64,000 nucleotides of DNA from an uncultured Planctomycetota bacterium (GTDB taxonomy: Bacteria; Planctomycetota; Planctomycetia; Isosphaerales; Isosphaeraceae): the NCBI GenBank assembly GCA_963823665.1, contig CAWGMQ010000003.1, positions 1,184,001-1,248,000 on the forward strand, written 5' to 3'. Within the stretch, counting starts at the first letter, position 1. Each line of letters begins with the position of its first letter. A program made the position numbers and the translations under genes. Shown piece by piece: positions 1 through 10,488 of this stretch. The notes under the pieces were generated by a model. It worked only from the letters and a program-made list of their open reading frames with translations. It was not told the DNA's origin and ran no database searches.

Positions 1-2
1 CA

Positions 3-1045
3 GGCCAACGATCCGACGATGGCGAAGGGGTTGCGCCGGGCGTACTGACGGAGGCGGACCGCGCGCTCCTGCTCGCTATGCGGGCTTGGGCGCACGAGTG
101 CCGGCGCCCGGACGGAGCCGGCCTGCACGGAGAGCACGCTTTCATTCTGCGGTTCTGGGACTGGCTGGAGGCGGGCTGGGTGCGCCGGTTGTGCGACGCG
201 TGGGACCGCGAGCAGAAGGCAGGGGATGGGATGGCGGCGGCTCGGGCGATCGAGCGGCTTCGCGCGATGCACATCGCGACGATCGAAGCCTCATTCAGTC
301 ATGTGCACCCGAGCTGGATGGTCAGGGCGTTGCGCGAGGAATCACCGGCGGTGCAGAGGCTGGTCGCGGCGAGTGTTCCCGGGCCGCTGCGCCAATCGCT
401 GCAAGCCGGGCTGTTGCTCGACGCAGAGGACATCACTCCGGACCGCGCTGTCCAGCCGATGGTTCAGGAGTGGGTGATGGGGCTCTGGACGGAGCGGCTG
501 GTCGGGGGCGAGGCGTCGCGTCCTGACGATGCGCCGGCGCTCGTGGCCGTGTGCCGGATTTCGAACCGCGCTGGATATCGGCTGTGCCGGGTGGCGGGGC
601 TCGGCAAGATGGTCGTTGCGGGGGTGAAGCCGGCAAAAGCGACGGACCGCGCGCTCTGCGCAGCCGGTTGGAGTGGCTGGAAGGCCGGCTTGGCGGGAGC
701 GATCCGGAGTTTCGCGCGGCGGCGAGGGCTGATGTGCAATCGATGGCCCGATCGAAGCTGCCCCGGCGCAGGCACGCGGCGCGCTTCGGTTTGCTCACAC
801 TTGCGCGGCTGCTTGCTGATCTTGAGCCGTTCCGGCTGCGGTGGGCGCTGCAACACTGGCCGTATCCGATCGTGAAGCTGACGCGAACACTGATTTCGAG
901 CCCGGCGAAACCGACGCCGGCCGTACTCGCCGGCGAGATGGAGCTGTTGAAAACCGCATGGGAACGGCTCAAGCTGGAGGGGCGGCTGGACGAAGAATGG
1001 GGCGAGGTGAGAGGCGTTCGTGACGTCGAGAGCCGATTACCGTGA
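3..1045 (+). CDS. Hypothetical protein directly upstream of the SpoA-domain gene (5'-truncated by the window; apparent frameshift near 650); SctK-like position
   Basis: Frame of ORF 78..875 is open from base 3. Plausible protein sequence switches near 640-660 into ORF 551..1045 (LRSRLEWLEGRL...LRWALQHWPYP), whose stop overlaps the next GTG start (GTGA at 1042-1045). Confidence 0.55.
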
Positions 1046-2373
1046 ATACAGATACGCATATCGTGAATCACGATTCGGAGGAAGGGCTGGATGGGGCGGA
1101 ATCGCGCGGTGGCCCTTTGGCCGGCGGCGGGCCGTTTGACTGGCTGCCGCGGCTCGGCCGCGCTCAGGTGCGACTGGAGCGGCTGCTGGCGCGGTGGATT
1201 CCCGAAGGGAGGCTGCCGGAGGCGCTTGGGTGGCTCGAGGATGCGGCAGGCGAACACATTCGGGTCGAGCGGGCGGAGGTGGTCTGGCGGGCTTCGGCTC
1301 TGGGGCGGCCGGGCCTGATCATTCAATTGACGGCGCCTCGGCTGGGAACGCGGCTGGCGGTGGGCATCGAGATTCCGCTGGTGCATCACTGGGTCGACCG
1401 GCTACTGGGATTCGATCGTCCGTTTGCTCAGAGCCGGCTTCAGATCACGCCGGTCGAGTGGGGCATCTGGTCATTCCTGGCGCTGCGAGTGCTGGATGCG
1501 CTTGACGCCGGGGCCGCGACTGAAGCGGATAGGCGGGGTATTCCGGGCGTGCTCGGGCCAGGCGACTTGACGCTTGACCGCGTGGGGCCGGACGCGTTCA
1601 ACCCGACCGACCTGGGTGCGATGGTGACGATCCGCTGGCTGGTGCGTGCGGGGAGCTTGAGTGGGGCCGTGCGTTTGTGGGTTCCGGAGTCGGTGGTCCA
1701 GCTCTGGATCACATCACATGCAATAACGACGGCCGGCGAGCGGCAACGGATGGAGCAGGCGCGGACGACCGTGCAGCCGCGAGCGGATGGGACGACGGTT
1801 CCTCGCGCCGAGCTTGCCGGAACGTGGCGCGCGGAGGCGGGGTTCGTGACCATGCCGCAGGGGTTGCGGCGCCTGCGGGCCGGGGCGGTGCTGCCGCTTT
1901 CGGAGACTCGATTGATCGGCTCGCCGCGAAATCCGACGGGGCCGGTTGATTTGATCATCGACCTGGATGAGCAAGACGTTCGATTCAGGATTCCTACCAG
2001 GCCGGTGGCCGATACGGGCGGCCATTTGCTGCGGCTGGAAGCCGGTATCACCCGGGAGCGGCGACCGAGAGATCCAATCGACAAGACGAAACTTTCGAGA
2101 ACAGCCATGAGCCAACCGACTGATTCGCAAAGCGCGACGACAGGTTCCGGGGTTGCGCCGCTTGACGTGCCGGTCACGTTGACGGTCGAGCTCGGGCGGG
2201 TGAATTTGACAATCAATCAGCTCGCCGAATTGAAACCCGGCGATGTTGTCGAGCTGGGCCGGCACAGCCGCGCTCCGGTGGAGCTGACATCGAACGGGCG
2301 GCTGGTCGCCCGTGGCGAACTCGTGCAGATTGACACCGACCTGGGAATACGCGTGACGAATACGTTTTTGTGA
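1042..2373 (+). CDS. FliM/FliN (SpoA-domain) C-ring protein, SctQ/YscQ-like
   Basis: The C-terminal ~70 aa LDVPVTLTVELGRVNLTINQLAELKPGDVVELGRHSRAPVELTSNGRLVARGELVQIDTDLGIRVTN is a canonical FliN/SpoA domain. The 443-aa length fits SctQ-type proteins. Confidence 0.8.
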   Translation: MNTDTHIVNHDSEEGLDGAESRGGPLAGGGPFDWLPRLGRAQVRLERLLARWIPEGRLPEALGWLEDAAGEHIRVERAEVVWRASALGRPGLIIQLTAPRLGTRLAVGIEIPLVHHWVDRLLGFDRPFAQSRLQITPVEWGIWSFLALRVLDALDAGAATEADRRGIPGVLGPGDLTLDRVGPDAFNPTDLGAMVTIRWLVRAGSLSGAVRLWVPESVVQLWITSHAITTAGERQRMEQARTTVQPRADGTTVPRAELAGTWRAEAGFVTMPQGLRRLRAGAVLPLSETRLIGSPRNPTGPVDLIIDLDEQDVRFRIPTRPVADTGGHLLRLEAGITRERRPRDPIDKTKLSRTAMSQPTDSQSATTGSGVAPLDVPVTLTVELGRVNLTINQLAELKPGDVVELGRHSRAPVELTSNGRLVARGELVQIDTDLGIRVTNTFL

Positions 2374-2410
2374 AGCGCGGCGGGTTTGTGATGGCGGCCG
2401 CCGGGACGGA

Positions 2411-2440
2411 CCCCCCCTGGCCCCCCCTTCTAAAGGGGGG
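2411..2440. repeat. Short C/G-rich hairpin (CCCCCCTT-CTA-AAGGGGGG) between convergent genes; REP-like or terminator-like
   Basis: Perfect 8-bp inverted repeat at 2422-2440, preceded by CCCCCCCTGG, in the convergent intergenic gap. Confidence 0.5.
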
Positions 2441-2508
2441 AAGCTTTGCGCAACGTACGCGGCGGGAAATCTCTGCGCCTTGTTCTGCAAGTTTTCAACA
2501 GGCCGGCT

Positions 2509-4011
2509 TCACACCGGGTAGACAACCTGGATTAACGCCTGGAGTGCGAGCGTTTGTGCACCCAGTAGGGCTGCGGTTGCCGCGAGGGCAATCGGGCGCG
2601 CACCCAGTCGGCTGATCGCGACACCGGCGGCCAGGAGGAGCGGCGGCATGAAGAGCATCCAGAGCCGCGCAACTTCGCCCATGTTGCGGCCGATCAGGTT
2701 GCTCAAGATCAGCACGAGCAGCGTCGTCCAAGCTGAGGCTGGAACGCTTCGCCAAGCGGTGTAGCCGACCAGGCACCAGAGCGCGGAAGGCAAGCCGATG
2801 GCAATTGTCATCTCGACGGAGTTGCCGAGGATCCAGAGCCAGTAGGTTCGCGGATATTTCACGTAGAACTGCGCATGATGCTTGAGATTCCAGGACCCGA
2901 TGATGAAGGGATTGGCGGACGTGAGCGCCCAGGCTGCGAAAAGGCACGAGAAAAAGCCGGCGCCGGTGGCGAGAATGAGCAACGCGCGGGCTTTCGGCGA
3001 TGCGGACTTCGTCGCGATCAAGGTAAGTGCCACGATCAGTCCGACGGGAAGGAATGCCAGCGTGAACGACATTCCAAACGCCATGACCATTCCCGACGCG
3101 AGCGCGAGCAGGGAGGCGGCGACGTACGGGCCTTTCGGGTGTGCGGACCTGGCTCCCCAGACCGCCAGAGCCAATGCGGTCGTCGAGAGCAACGGATACG
3201 CGGCATCGGCGACGGGCTGAAAGAGGTTGGCACTCGGCGCCAGTGGCCAGAGCGCAGCCGCAGCCCAGGAAGCGGGGGCAGGCAGTGTGGCTCGCGCGAG
3301 CAAGTAGAGAGGTACGACGGTGCCGGCGCACGCGCAGAGCGTGAAGAGTGCGGTGGCGAAGAGGGCAGCCTGGTCGGCCCGCGAAAGTGGTCGGGCCTCG
3401 GGATTGGCGAAGACGCGAAAGCCCGCGTCGACCGTGGCTGGCGCGTGATCGAGAAGCGTGGCCGTGAGTCGTGGATTCTGGTCCATCATCCGCAGCAGGA
3501 GACACTGAGTCACAATCAATCCGGGTGGGTGGGTGCCGATGTGAAAGACGTCCTGGCTTTCTATCCAGTCGGGATAATCGGCCAGGAATTTCCACGGATC
3601 GGTCGCGGCTTTTTCTCTGGCGATCTGGAAATAGCCGCTCGATCCCGGGAGGTAGTTGACCGCAGCCCACTTGGTCAAGTCGTAACCGGGAGGTGCTCCC
3701 ATGGGAATGATCACTTGAATGCAAATCGACGCGAAGAACAGGCCGAGCACGGCAGCCGCTTCAAAGATGCGGGAGCGCTTCGTCGACAAGACGCGCAACC
3801 CGAGCGCGACGAAGGCGGCGTAGACGGCCACGCCGGGCAAGGCGATCGAGAGCCCGTCCCAACGAAGGGCTGCCCTGTCAGGCAGGCGATTCCATTCCCA
3901 TTCGCCGGGAACGCCGGTAGGGAGCAGTTTGGTGGCGAGTGCGGCTGTGACCGCAACGATCAAGATGGCCTGAAGCAGCAGGATTGCGGCGAGTCGGCGT
4001 TTCTGAGTCAT
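2509..4011 (-). CDS. Multi-pass membrane protein, probable GT-C fold glycosyltransferase
   Basis: Many hydrophobic segments and an HIGTHPPG luminal-loop motif of the kind seen in GT-C proteins. Likely start is MTQKRR at 4011. Confidence 0.55.
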   Translation of the reverse strand: MTQKRRLAAILLLQAILIVAVTAALATKLLPTGVPGEWEWNRLPDRAALRWDGLSIALPGVAVYAAFVALGLRVLSTKRSRIFEAAAVLGLFFASICIQVIIPMGAPPGYDLTKWAAVNYLPGSSGYFQIAREKAATDPWKFLADYPDWIESQDVFHIGTHPPGLIVTQCLLLRMMDQNPRLTATLLDHAPATVDAGFRVFANPEARPLSRADQAALFATALFTLCACAGTVVPLYLLARATLPAPASWAAAALWPLAPSANLFQPVADAAYPLLSTTALALAVWGARSAHPKGPYVAASLLALASGMVMAFGMSFTLAFLPVGLIVALTLIATKSASPKARALLILATGAGFFSCLFAAWALTSANPFIIGSWNLKHHAQFYVKYPRTYWLWILGNSVEMTIAIGLPSALWCLVGYTAWRSVPASAWTTLLVLILSNLIGRNMGEVARLWMLFMPPLLLAAGVAISRLGARPIALAATAALLGAQTLALQALIQVVYPV

Positions 4012-4220
4012 GCGATCGATCTTAGCGAGGGCGAGCGGCGCTCGCGAGGTTTGTTCGCCGCTCTCAGGGACCGGGACGTTGCCTCGGGCGAACGCGCGTG
4101 GTTTGATCGTTGCAGGATCGCCGGGCGCTTGGGCTGTCCAGGGCGGACTCTGCTCGTTGCGCCGCCGATCATTTATCGCGAACGATTGATGCGAGCCGCC
4201 GCCACCGCTTGGAGACACAC

Positions 4221-5624
4221 GTGATGCAGTTCGACGACGCACCCAAGTCCGCAGCGGATAGCGGCCGTGACGATCGACCGTGGTGGAGGGGTTTGACGAG
4301 TTACCAGTGGTTCGTGTTCATCGTCGCGTCGCTGGGCTGGCTGTTCGACACGATGGACCAGCAGCTTTTCATCTTGGCCCGGATCTCGGCGGTGCGCGAG
4401 CTGCTGGGCGTTCAGGCCGGGGATGCCGCGCACGAGGCGTCCGTCGATTGGTACGGCGGGGTTGCGACGACCTTCTTCATGGTCGGCTGGGCCCTGGGAG
4501 GGTTTTTCTTTGGTGTGCTCGGCGATCGCATCGGCCGTGCGAAGACCATGTTGCTGACAGTCTTGTGTTATTCGGCATTCACCGGCTTGAGTGCACGATC
4601 GGTGGGAGTTTGGGATTTCTCTGGTTACCGGTTTTTGACGGGGCTGGGGGTGGGCGGGCAATTTGCCGTAGGAGTCGCACTCGTCGCCGAGGTGATGCCG
4701 GACCGGTCGCGGCCGTTTGCGCTGGGTTGGCTCCAGGCGCTTTCCGCGGTCGGCAACATGCTTGCGGCGTGCACGAATCTTGTGCTCGGCAAGCTGGAGC
4801 AAGCGGGGAAGATTGAAAGCTCGTGGCGCATCATGTTCTTCATCGGGCTTGCGCCAGCGTTGCTGGCCATTCCGATCTTCATGCGGCTGAAGGAACCTGA
4901 GCGCTGGAAAGCGGCGGCCGAGGAGAAGGGATCGTCGGGGCCGAGCTCGGTCCGGTTGGGCTCGCTCGCCGAGCTTTTCGGAAATGCTCGGTTCAGGCGC
5001 AACACGATCGTGGGCATGATCCTCGCGTTTGCGGGCGTGGTCGGCTTGTGGGGCATCGGGTTTTTCAGTCCCGATCTGGTTGACGTCGTCTTCCGGAAGC
5101 ACTTTCAGAACCAGGGGCTCTCCGCACAGGAGATCGGCGGCAAGCTGACGTTCTGGAAGGGTATCACGTCGTTGTTACAGAACGCCGGGGCATTCCTGGG
5201 GATCTATGCCTTCGCGCGGATCACGCACATCATTGGGCGGAAACCCGCGTTTGCGATCTCGTTCGTGCTGGCAGCAGCCGCCACCGCCATGACTTTCTGG
5301 TTCCTCGACGCGTTCTGGCAGATCTTCGTGTTGATTCCGATCATGGGGTTCTGCCAGCTCGCGCTGTTCGGCGGCTATGCGATTTACTTCCCGGAGCTGT
5401 TCCCGACGCGGCTGCGCAGCACGGGGACATCATTCTGTTACAACGTGGGGCGGCTGGTGGCGGCCGCCGGACCGTCGATCAAAGGGCTGCTCACCAGCAA
5501 GGTCTTCGTGGGCTTCCCTGAGCCGATGCGGTATGCGGGAATCACGATGTGCTCGGTATTCCTGGTGGGGCTTTTGGCGCTGCCGTTTGCCCCCGAGACG
5601 AGAGGGAAGCCGCTGCCGGAGTGA
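4221..5624 (+). CDS. MFS transporter (sugar/organic acid type)
   Basis: Motif A GVLGDRIGRAKT, YFPELFPTRLRSTG and C-terminal PETRGKPL. GGAGA SD precedes GTG/ATG at 4221/4224. Confidence 0.9.
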   Translation: MMQFDDAPKSAADSGRDDRPWWRGLTSYQWFVFIVASLGWLFDTMDQQLFILARISAVRELLGVQAGDAAHEASVDWYGGVATTFFMVGWALGGFFFGVLGDRIGRAKTMLLTVLCYSAFTGLSARSVGVWDFSGYRFLTGLGVGGQFAVGVALVAEVMPDRSRPFALGWLQALSAVGNMLAACTNLVLGKLEQAGKIESSWRIMFFIGLAPALLAIPIFMRLKEPERWKAAAEEKGSSGPSSVRLGSLAELFGNARFRRNTIVGMILAFAGVVGLWGIGFFSPDLVDVVFRKHFQNQGLSAQEIGGKLTFWKGITSLLQNAGAFLGIYAFARITHIIGRKPAFAISFVLAAAATAMTFWFLDAFWQIFVLIPIMGFCQLALFGGYAIYFPELFPTRLRSTGTSFCYNVGRLVAAAGPSIKGLLTSKVFVGFPEPMRYAGITMCSVFLVGLLALPFAPETRGKPLPE

Positions 5625-5642
5625 AGGTCACGCATGCTGTTC

Positions 5643-6950
5643 CTAGCGGGCATCGGGGTTGGCGGGAACAGGCGCGGGCGTGAGCTTCATCTTGCGGATA
5701 AATGCGTCTTGCAAGGTTTGTTCGTCAAACTTCACGCCAGTCGAGCGAAATAGTTCTTTGGCCCAGAAGTTGACGTATTCCTTCAACAACTCATCGCGAT
5801 GGTCGACACTCACGAGCTGAAGTGCTCGAAGCATGAACGCCTCCTGGAGCATTGTGCCTGTAATCGATTGGATTGGCGCGCTCAATCGGTCGATTTCGGC
5901 GGTCTTCTTGACGATCTCGTCCCTGCCGACGATGAGCCGATCACCTGCGAAGATCTGAAAGTTTGTGGCCACTTCACCTCGTTCCTGGATTCCTTGCAGA
6001 TCAATCTTGTAGACCCTGGCGGGTTTGCCGCTTCGTTGTGGACGCACCAAGCTGATCTGTTTTGGGTCGGCTGTCGAAAGCAGGCCGCCGGCGTATTGCA
6101 GAGCGTCCAGGACCGTTTCGCTGCCCATGTGTGGCATCATTCCTGGGGTGGCAACGTCGCCCTGTACGTAATACTGCATGGAGTTATACGCCGTCACATC
6201 GACGAAGACACTCAATGATGCCTCCGGCGGAACGATCTTCCACGACACGCCACTCGGTGAGATTGCGGGCTCGTTAGCAGGACCGGCGGGGGCGGGCTGT
6301 TGGATACCGGGTCGAGCTTTACCACTGGGGATCTTGGCTGGCTTCGGGACCTCATCCGGATTGAAGGGGTTTGCCTCGTTACCTGGAAGCTGCGGAATCG
6401 GGGGCTGCTCAAGCGGCGTTGCATCGGGTTGCAGCTCTTCCATGAAGGCGAGCCCCAACATCTCGTCGTTCAGGAACTTTCTCATGTGTTTGATGATCGC
6501 GACCTTGATTTGCGCTACCGTCAATCCTCTCACGTGGATGTCGCCGTACCAGCCGAGGGAAATGTTGCCGTCGGGTCTGACCAGGCGCTCGCCGGAGATG
6601 GGACGCCCCGGCAGTCCTTCCAATAGCTCGACGAGAATCAAGTCGGGCGGCGCGACGACGTACGGCAAATCAATGAGCGCACCTTCATGAGGCGGTGGAT
6701 TGTCCGGAATGGGTGGCGAGGGACGTGGCGTCAGATCGTACCGTTCGATCATCTTGTCGATCAGCGCCTTGCGTTTCGCCGGATCCTGGAGCTCGGCTTG
6801 CGACGGTGATCTCCCCGTGGAGTCAGGCAGCGTAACCGGCGTGGGCTGATTCTTTGCCGGTTCCTGTGCCGGAGCGAAAGCGGTCATGCACAAAACGACT
6901 GAGGCGCACACCGATGCGGTTTCCGTCAAGGCCATTCGGCGAGAGAACAT
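5643..6950 (-). CDS. Polysaccharide export (Poly_export + SLBB, Wza-like) family protein
   Basis: Signal peptide; YVVAPPDLILVE...VRPDGNISLGWYGDIHVRGLTVAQ (Poly_export); YYVQGDVATPG...TVLDALQYAGGL (SLBB). Confidence 0.8.
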   Translation of the reverse strand: MFSRRMALTETASVCASVVLCMTAFAPAQEPAKNQPTPVTLPDSTGRSPSQAELQDPAKRKALIDKMIERYDLTPRPSPPIPDNPPPHEGALIDLPYVVAPPDLILVELLEGLPGRPISGERLVRPDGNISLGWYGDIHVRGLTVAQIKVAIIKHMRKFLNDEMLGLAFMEELQPDATPLEQPPIPQLPGNEANPFNPDEVPKPAKIPSGKARPGIQQPAPAGPANEPAISPSGVSWKIVPPEASLSVFVDVTAYNSMQYYVQGDVATPGMMPHMGSETVLDALQYAGGLLSTADPKQISLVRPQRSGKPARVYKIDLQGIQERGEVATNFQIFAGDRLIVGRDEIVKKTAEIDRLSAPIQSITGTMLQEAFMLRALQLVSVDHRDELLKEYVNFWAKELFRSTGVKFDEQTLQDAFIRKMKLTPAPVPANPDAR

Positions 6951-7077
6951 GCTGGTACCCTCTGTGTTGTGCGGTCGTGATTCGAGTCGGCGAACCCAAG
7001 AGTGGCTTACCGCGCAAATTAGCCGCAGCCGCTCTACGGGGCAAGTATTAGGCGCAGCAAGCCGGTCTCGACGATTT

Positions 7078-7872
7078 TCACATCACCAGCCGCGCCGCAT
7101 CGCGGTCGAGGTAGAGTTTTGCTCCGGGATGGCGGCGGAGGGCTGTTGCCGGGCATGACTCGTTGATCGGGCCGCGGAGGGTGGTGAGGACCGCATTTGC
7201 CTTGCGCGGGCCGGGAACGACAACCGAGGCGACCGGTGCGGCGAGCAGGGCGGGAATGGTCATGGTGTAGGCATGAGTGGGTATGTCTTCCGGTTTCGCG
7301 AAGCAGCCGTCATTGATCTGCTGTGCGCGGCAGGCTGCATCGAGCCGGACCACTTTGACGAAGACGGGATCGAGAAAATCGGCAACCGGGGGATCGTTGA
7401 ATGCGATGTGACCATTCTCGCCGATTCCCGCGCAGACGATGTCGGGGGGCTCTGTTTTGAGGCGATCTTCGTACTCCAGGCAGGTCTGGAGGGGCCGCCC
7501 GGTCTGTTCGCCGGGGATGAGCCGCAACTGATTGGACTTCAGGCCGACCAGGCGGAAGAGGTGTTCTTGAAGGTAGCGCCGGAATGACGCTGGGTGGTCG
7601 GCGTGGACGCCCATGTATTCGTCCATATGAAAAGCGACGACGCGTGTCCAATCGACGTTCTTGTCGGCGACGAGTCCCGCCATGAACTCATCCTGGCTGG
7701 GCGCAGCGGCGAATACGACGCGCGCGTTTCCGGAGGTGTGCTGCGCGGCGGCTATCGATGCGGCCACGGCCTGAGCGGCGGCGCGCCCGGCCAGAGCCCG
7801 GTTGTCGTAGACGAGCACATCGAGACAATCGACCATGAAACGAGCGACTGTTGCAACCTCGGAGACGTTCAT
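7078..7872 (-). CDS. Glucosamine-6-phosphate deaminase / 6-phosphogluconolactonase family protein
   Basis: FHMDEY, GIGENGHIAFNDPP and AYTMTIPALL motifs of the NagB family. Confidence 0.85.
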   Translation of the reverse strand: MNVSEVATVARFMVDCLDVLVYDNRALAGRAAAQAVAASIAAAQHTSGNARVVFAAAPSQDEFMAGLVADKNVDWTRVVAFHMDEYMGVHADHPASFRRYLQEHLFRLVGLKSNQLRLIPGEQTGRPLQTCLEYEDRLKTEPPDIVCAGIGENGHIAFNDPPVADFLDPVFVKVVRLDAACRAQQINDGCFAKPEDIPTHAYTMTIPALLAAPVASVVVPGPRKANAVLTTLRGPINESCPATALRRHPGAKLYLDRDAARLVM

Positions 7873-8057
7873 TCCCGGGGTCTCTTGCAGGGGAAAGCGA
7901 ATCGATGCGACCAAAATCGTGCGGTCTGCAAAGTAACTCGCTCGATGGCACGGGGCCAGACCCCTGGCCGGAATCCGCGTTCATGGAAACCGGGCAAGGG
8001 GTGATTGCTCTAGCGCGGCCATCGATCAGGGCGGGATTGAATACGAGGCGAGCGGCG

Positions 8058-8273
8058 TCACGAGGCGGCGAGCGCCGTCGCGCGGCCCTGGCGGGAATGT
8101 CCCGAGCGGAGCTGCTCGCAGAGTTTCTGACATTCGTTCAAGTCGCCGATCAAGGAATCAGCCAGGAATGACTGCGTCTCGCCGTCATTCGTCATCTCCA
8201 GTTGATCGTGGCAACGGGACATGTGCTCGATGAGGTCTTTCATCCAGAGCAGGGTGTGGCGCCGATTTCTCAT
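8058..8273 (-). CDS. Small hypothetical helical protein (71 aa)
   Basis: MRNRRHTLLWMKDLIEHMSRCHDQLE...; GAAGGA upstream; amphipathic, protein-like composition in an otherwise empty gap. Confidence 0.55.
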   Translation of the reverse strand: MRNRRHTLLWMKDLIEHMSRCHDQLEMTNDGETQSFLADSLIGDLNECQKLCEQLRSGHSRQGRATALAAS

Positions 8274-8677
8274 CTTGAGGTGTTCCTTCACCTGAATCGT
8301 CGAACAGGATCTAGACTTGGATTGCACGGAACCCGCACACGGATATTTCGTCCCCGGCCGTCGGACGCTGTTCACCGTCTTCCGGCCTCGGATCGCTCCG
8401 CCAGAGGGGAGCAAAGGCTGTGCCACAGCCGTCTGCTCGAGCGGGCTCGGCGCAACTCATTCACGGTGGGAATCTTGAGGAAAAAAGTTCAGACGGCGTC
8501 GAAATCATCGCGAAAGGGCGGATTGTAAGGCTTACCAGGCTTCGAGGGACGCTAGAGGCTGCATGAACTTCGGCGCGTCACTTCTTTCTTGAGCCCCAAG
8601 GCTTTACACTAGGGTCTGGGGCCGTGTTTCCTTGCTTGGGGGGAGAGGCCGTGGGGGCGCAACGGGCGGCGGAGAGC

Positions 8678-9586
8678 ATGAACACCGAGGAGGCAGGACG
8701 AAGCCTCGGCGGCGGCCGGAGTTGGCCCGCGTTCTTCGTGCGCTGGCTGTTCGGTCTGGGGGAAGAGCGTCGCCAGCCTGCACTATCGTCGATGCCGGCC
8801 GCGCGCTTCCAGAACATCTGCATCAGCCGGGAGGCCGGCGCGGGGGCCGGGCAGCTTGCAAAGCTCGTCGGGGCAGGTCTGGGATGGAAGGTCTACGACG
8901 AGGAGTTGGTGGAGGCGATCGCCCATCGGATGGGATCGCCGATCGAGGAAGTTCGCGCGCTCGACGAGCTGGCGCCCAGCATGGTGCAGGACTGGCTGTT
9001 ACCGCTCAGGGAAGAGTATTACGCGCCACAGGAAGCCTATCTGGACCACCTCGCGAAGATGATCGAAGCGATCGGCCGTGCGGGGGAATCGGTGCTCGTG
9101 GGACGCGGGGCGGGCTTCATGCTGCCGCGGGACACCACGCTCTCCATCCGCGTCATCGCGCCGATCAAGGAGCGCGCGCAGCGGCTGGCCGAGCGGATGG
9201 GCGTATCACCGCGGACGGCGCGGCGGGCTGCCCGAGAGCTCGATCGGCGCCGCGTTTCGTTCGACCGCACCATGCACCGGGCCAACCCAAACGACCCGCA
9301 CAACTTCGACCTGGTGCTGAACACGGACACGCTCGGTCTGGAGATTGCCGCGGAGTTGATTGTAAGCACCGTGAGGGCCGGGCGGCCGGATGCTCTGGCG
9401 GCGCGCATGCGCCAATCGGCCTCGCCAGCGCGTCTCGATTCTCCGCAAGCGTCAGGTGAGCAGTGGCTCGGCGAAGGCAATCCGGCGGCTTTGCCCAGTA
9501 GTGCGGTGCCTTCGTTGCCGTCGGCCCATGCTGACGGGGACGTGGATCAGGACGGCGATGACGGACCTTCGATCAACCGAGCCTGA
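8678..9586 (+). CDS. Cytidylate kinase-like family protein
   Basis: ICISREAGAGAG P-loop-like motif, VLVGRGAGFML and DPHNFDLVLNT. GGAGAG SD before ATG 8678. Confidence 0.85.
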   Translation: MNTEEAGRSLGGGRSWPAFFVRWLFGLGEERRQPALSSMPAARFQNICISREAGAGAGQLAKLVGAGLGWKVYDEELVEAIAHRMGSPIEEVRALDELAPSMVQDWLLPLREEYYAPQEAYLDHLAKMIEAIGRAGESVLVGRGAGFMLPRDTTLSIRVIAPIKERAQRLAERMGVSPRTARRAARELDRRRVSFDRTMHRANPNDPHNFDLVLNTDTLGLEIAAELIVSTVRAGRPDALAARMRQSASPARLDSPQASGEQWLGEGNPAALPSSAVPSLPSAHADGDVDQDGDDGPSINRA

Positions 9587-10488
9587 GCGCGAGCACCGTT
9601 CCTGATCGCCACGATGGAGAGGCCGTACCGGTCGGCCAAGGCGATGACGTGCGGCTCGTCGAGCAGGATCGTCTTGCCGGCCTCGATCGCCAGGACCTTC
9701 GCTCCGGCATTGTGGAGGTTTTCGATCGTTGTGACACCGATCGTCGGCACGTCAAAGCGCATATCCTGCTGGGGCTTGGCAACCTTGACAAGCGCCCATC
9801 CGCCCGAGCGGCAGAACTGGCCGGCGCGCTCGATGCAGCGATCGGTCCCTTCGATGGCCTCGACGGCGAGCGTCGCAAGCTCTTTGACGGCGACTGACTG
9901 GCCGACGTCGAGCCGGCCCATTTCCTTGGCGAGCGTCCAGCCGAACTCGATGTCCTTTTGCTCAGACGCAGTCGGTGCCCGCCGGGTCAAGATCCCTTCT
10001 TTCACGAGCAGCTCCGGGCAAAAATCGAGGGCCGAGGCAAACGTCATTCCATCACGCTCGAACTCGCTGATGATCGACAGCAGCAGCGAGTCATCGCGGT
10101 TGTCGGCGCGTGTCCGTCGGTACCACCACTGCAACGTCCGCACGTCCGGACAAAGCTGGAGGATTCTCCATGGCGTATAGATGACGTTTTTGGTGACTTT
10201 TCCCGCCATGACGATACGGCTGGCGCGCATGCGCTTGAAAGCCCGGATCATCCGTCCGAGCTTGGCGACTCCAACCCACTCGAACGAATCGCAGAGCGAC
10301 CGCAGCTCTTCATAAGCTTCGTACTTGATTCCGGCGCACGCGACGGGCAGACCCTGCTGTCGAGCCGCGAGGGCGAAGAGGATTGGAAACCGGCCGCTTC
10401 CCGCGAGCAGGCCGATCGGTTCCATTCGACCGAGACGCGCTGACCCGGAACGCTGCCGGAGCTGCGTCTCCTCTTCCATCACACTCAC
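9547..10488 (-). CDS. lpxI: UDP-2,3-diacylglucosamine diphosphatase LpxI (DUF1009)
   Basis: IGLLAGSGRFP, LDVGQSVAV, AVEAIEGTD and KPQQDMRFDVPTIG motifs; coupled to lpxD. Confidence 0.9.
   Translation of the reverse strand: MSVMEEETQLRQRSGSARLGRMEPIGLLAGSGRFPILFALAARQQGLPVACAGIKYEAYEELRSLCDSFEWVGVAKLGRMIRAFKRMRASRIVMAGKVTKNVIYTPWRILQLCPDVRTLQWWYRRTRADNRDDSLLLSIISEFERDGMTFASALDFCPELLVKEGILTRRAPTASEQKDIEFGWTLAKEMGRLDVGQSVAVKELATLAVEAIEGTDRCIERAGQFCRSGGWALVKVAKPQQDMRFDVPTIGVTTIENLHNAGAKVLAIEAGKTILLDEPHVIALADRYGLSIVAIRNGARAQARLIEGPSSPS

Noticed and set aside
9547..9586. 40-nt convergent 3' overlap of lpxI and the cytidylate kinase-like gene
   Set aside because: Both tails are low-complexity extensions; short convergent overlaps are common in high-GC genomes.
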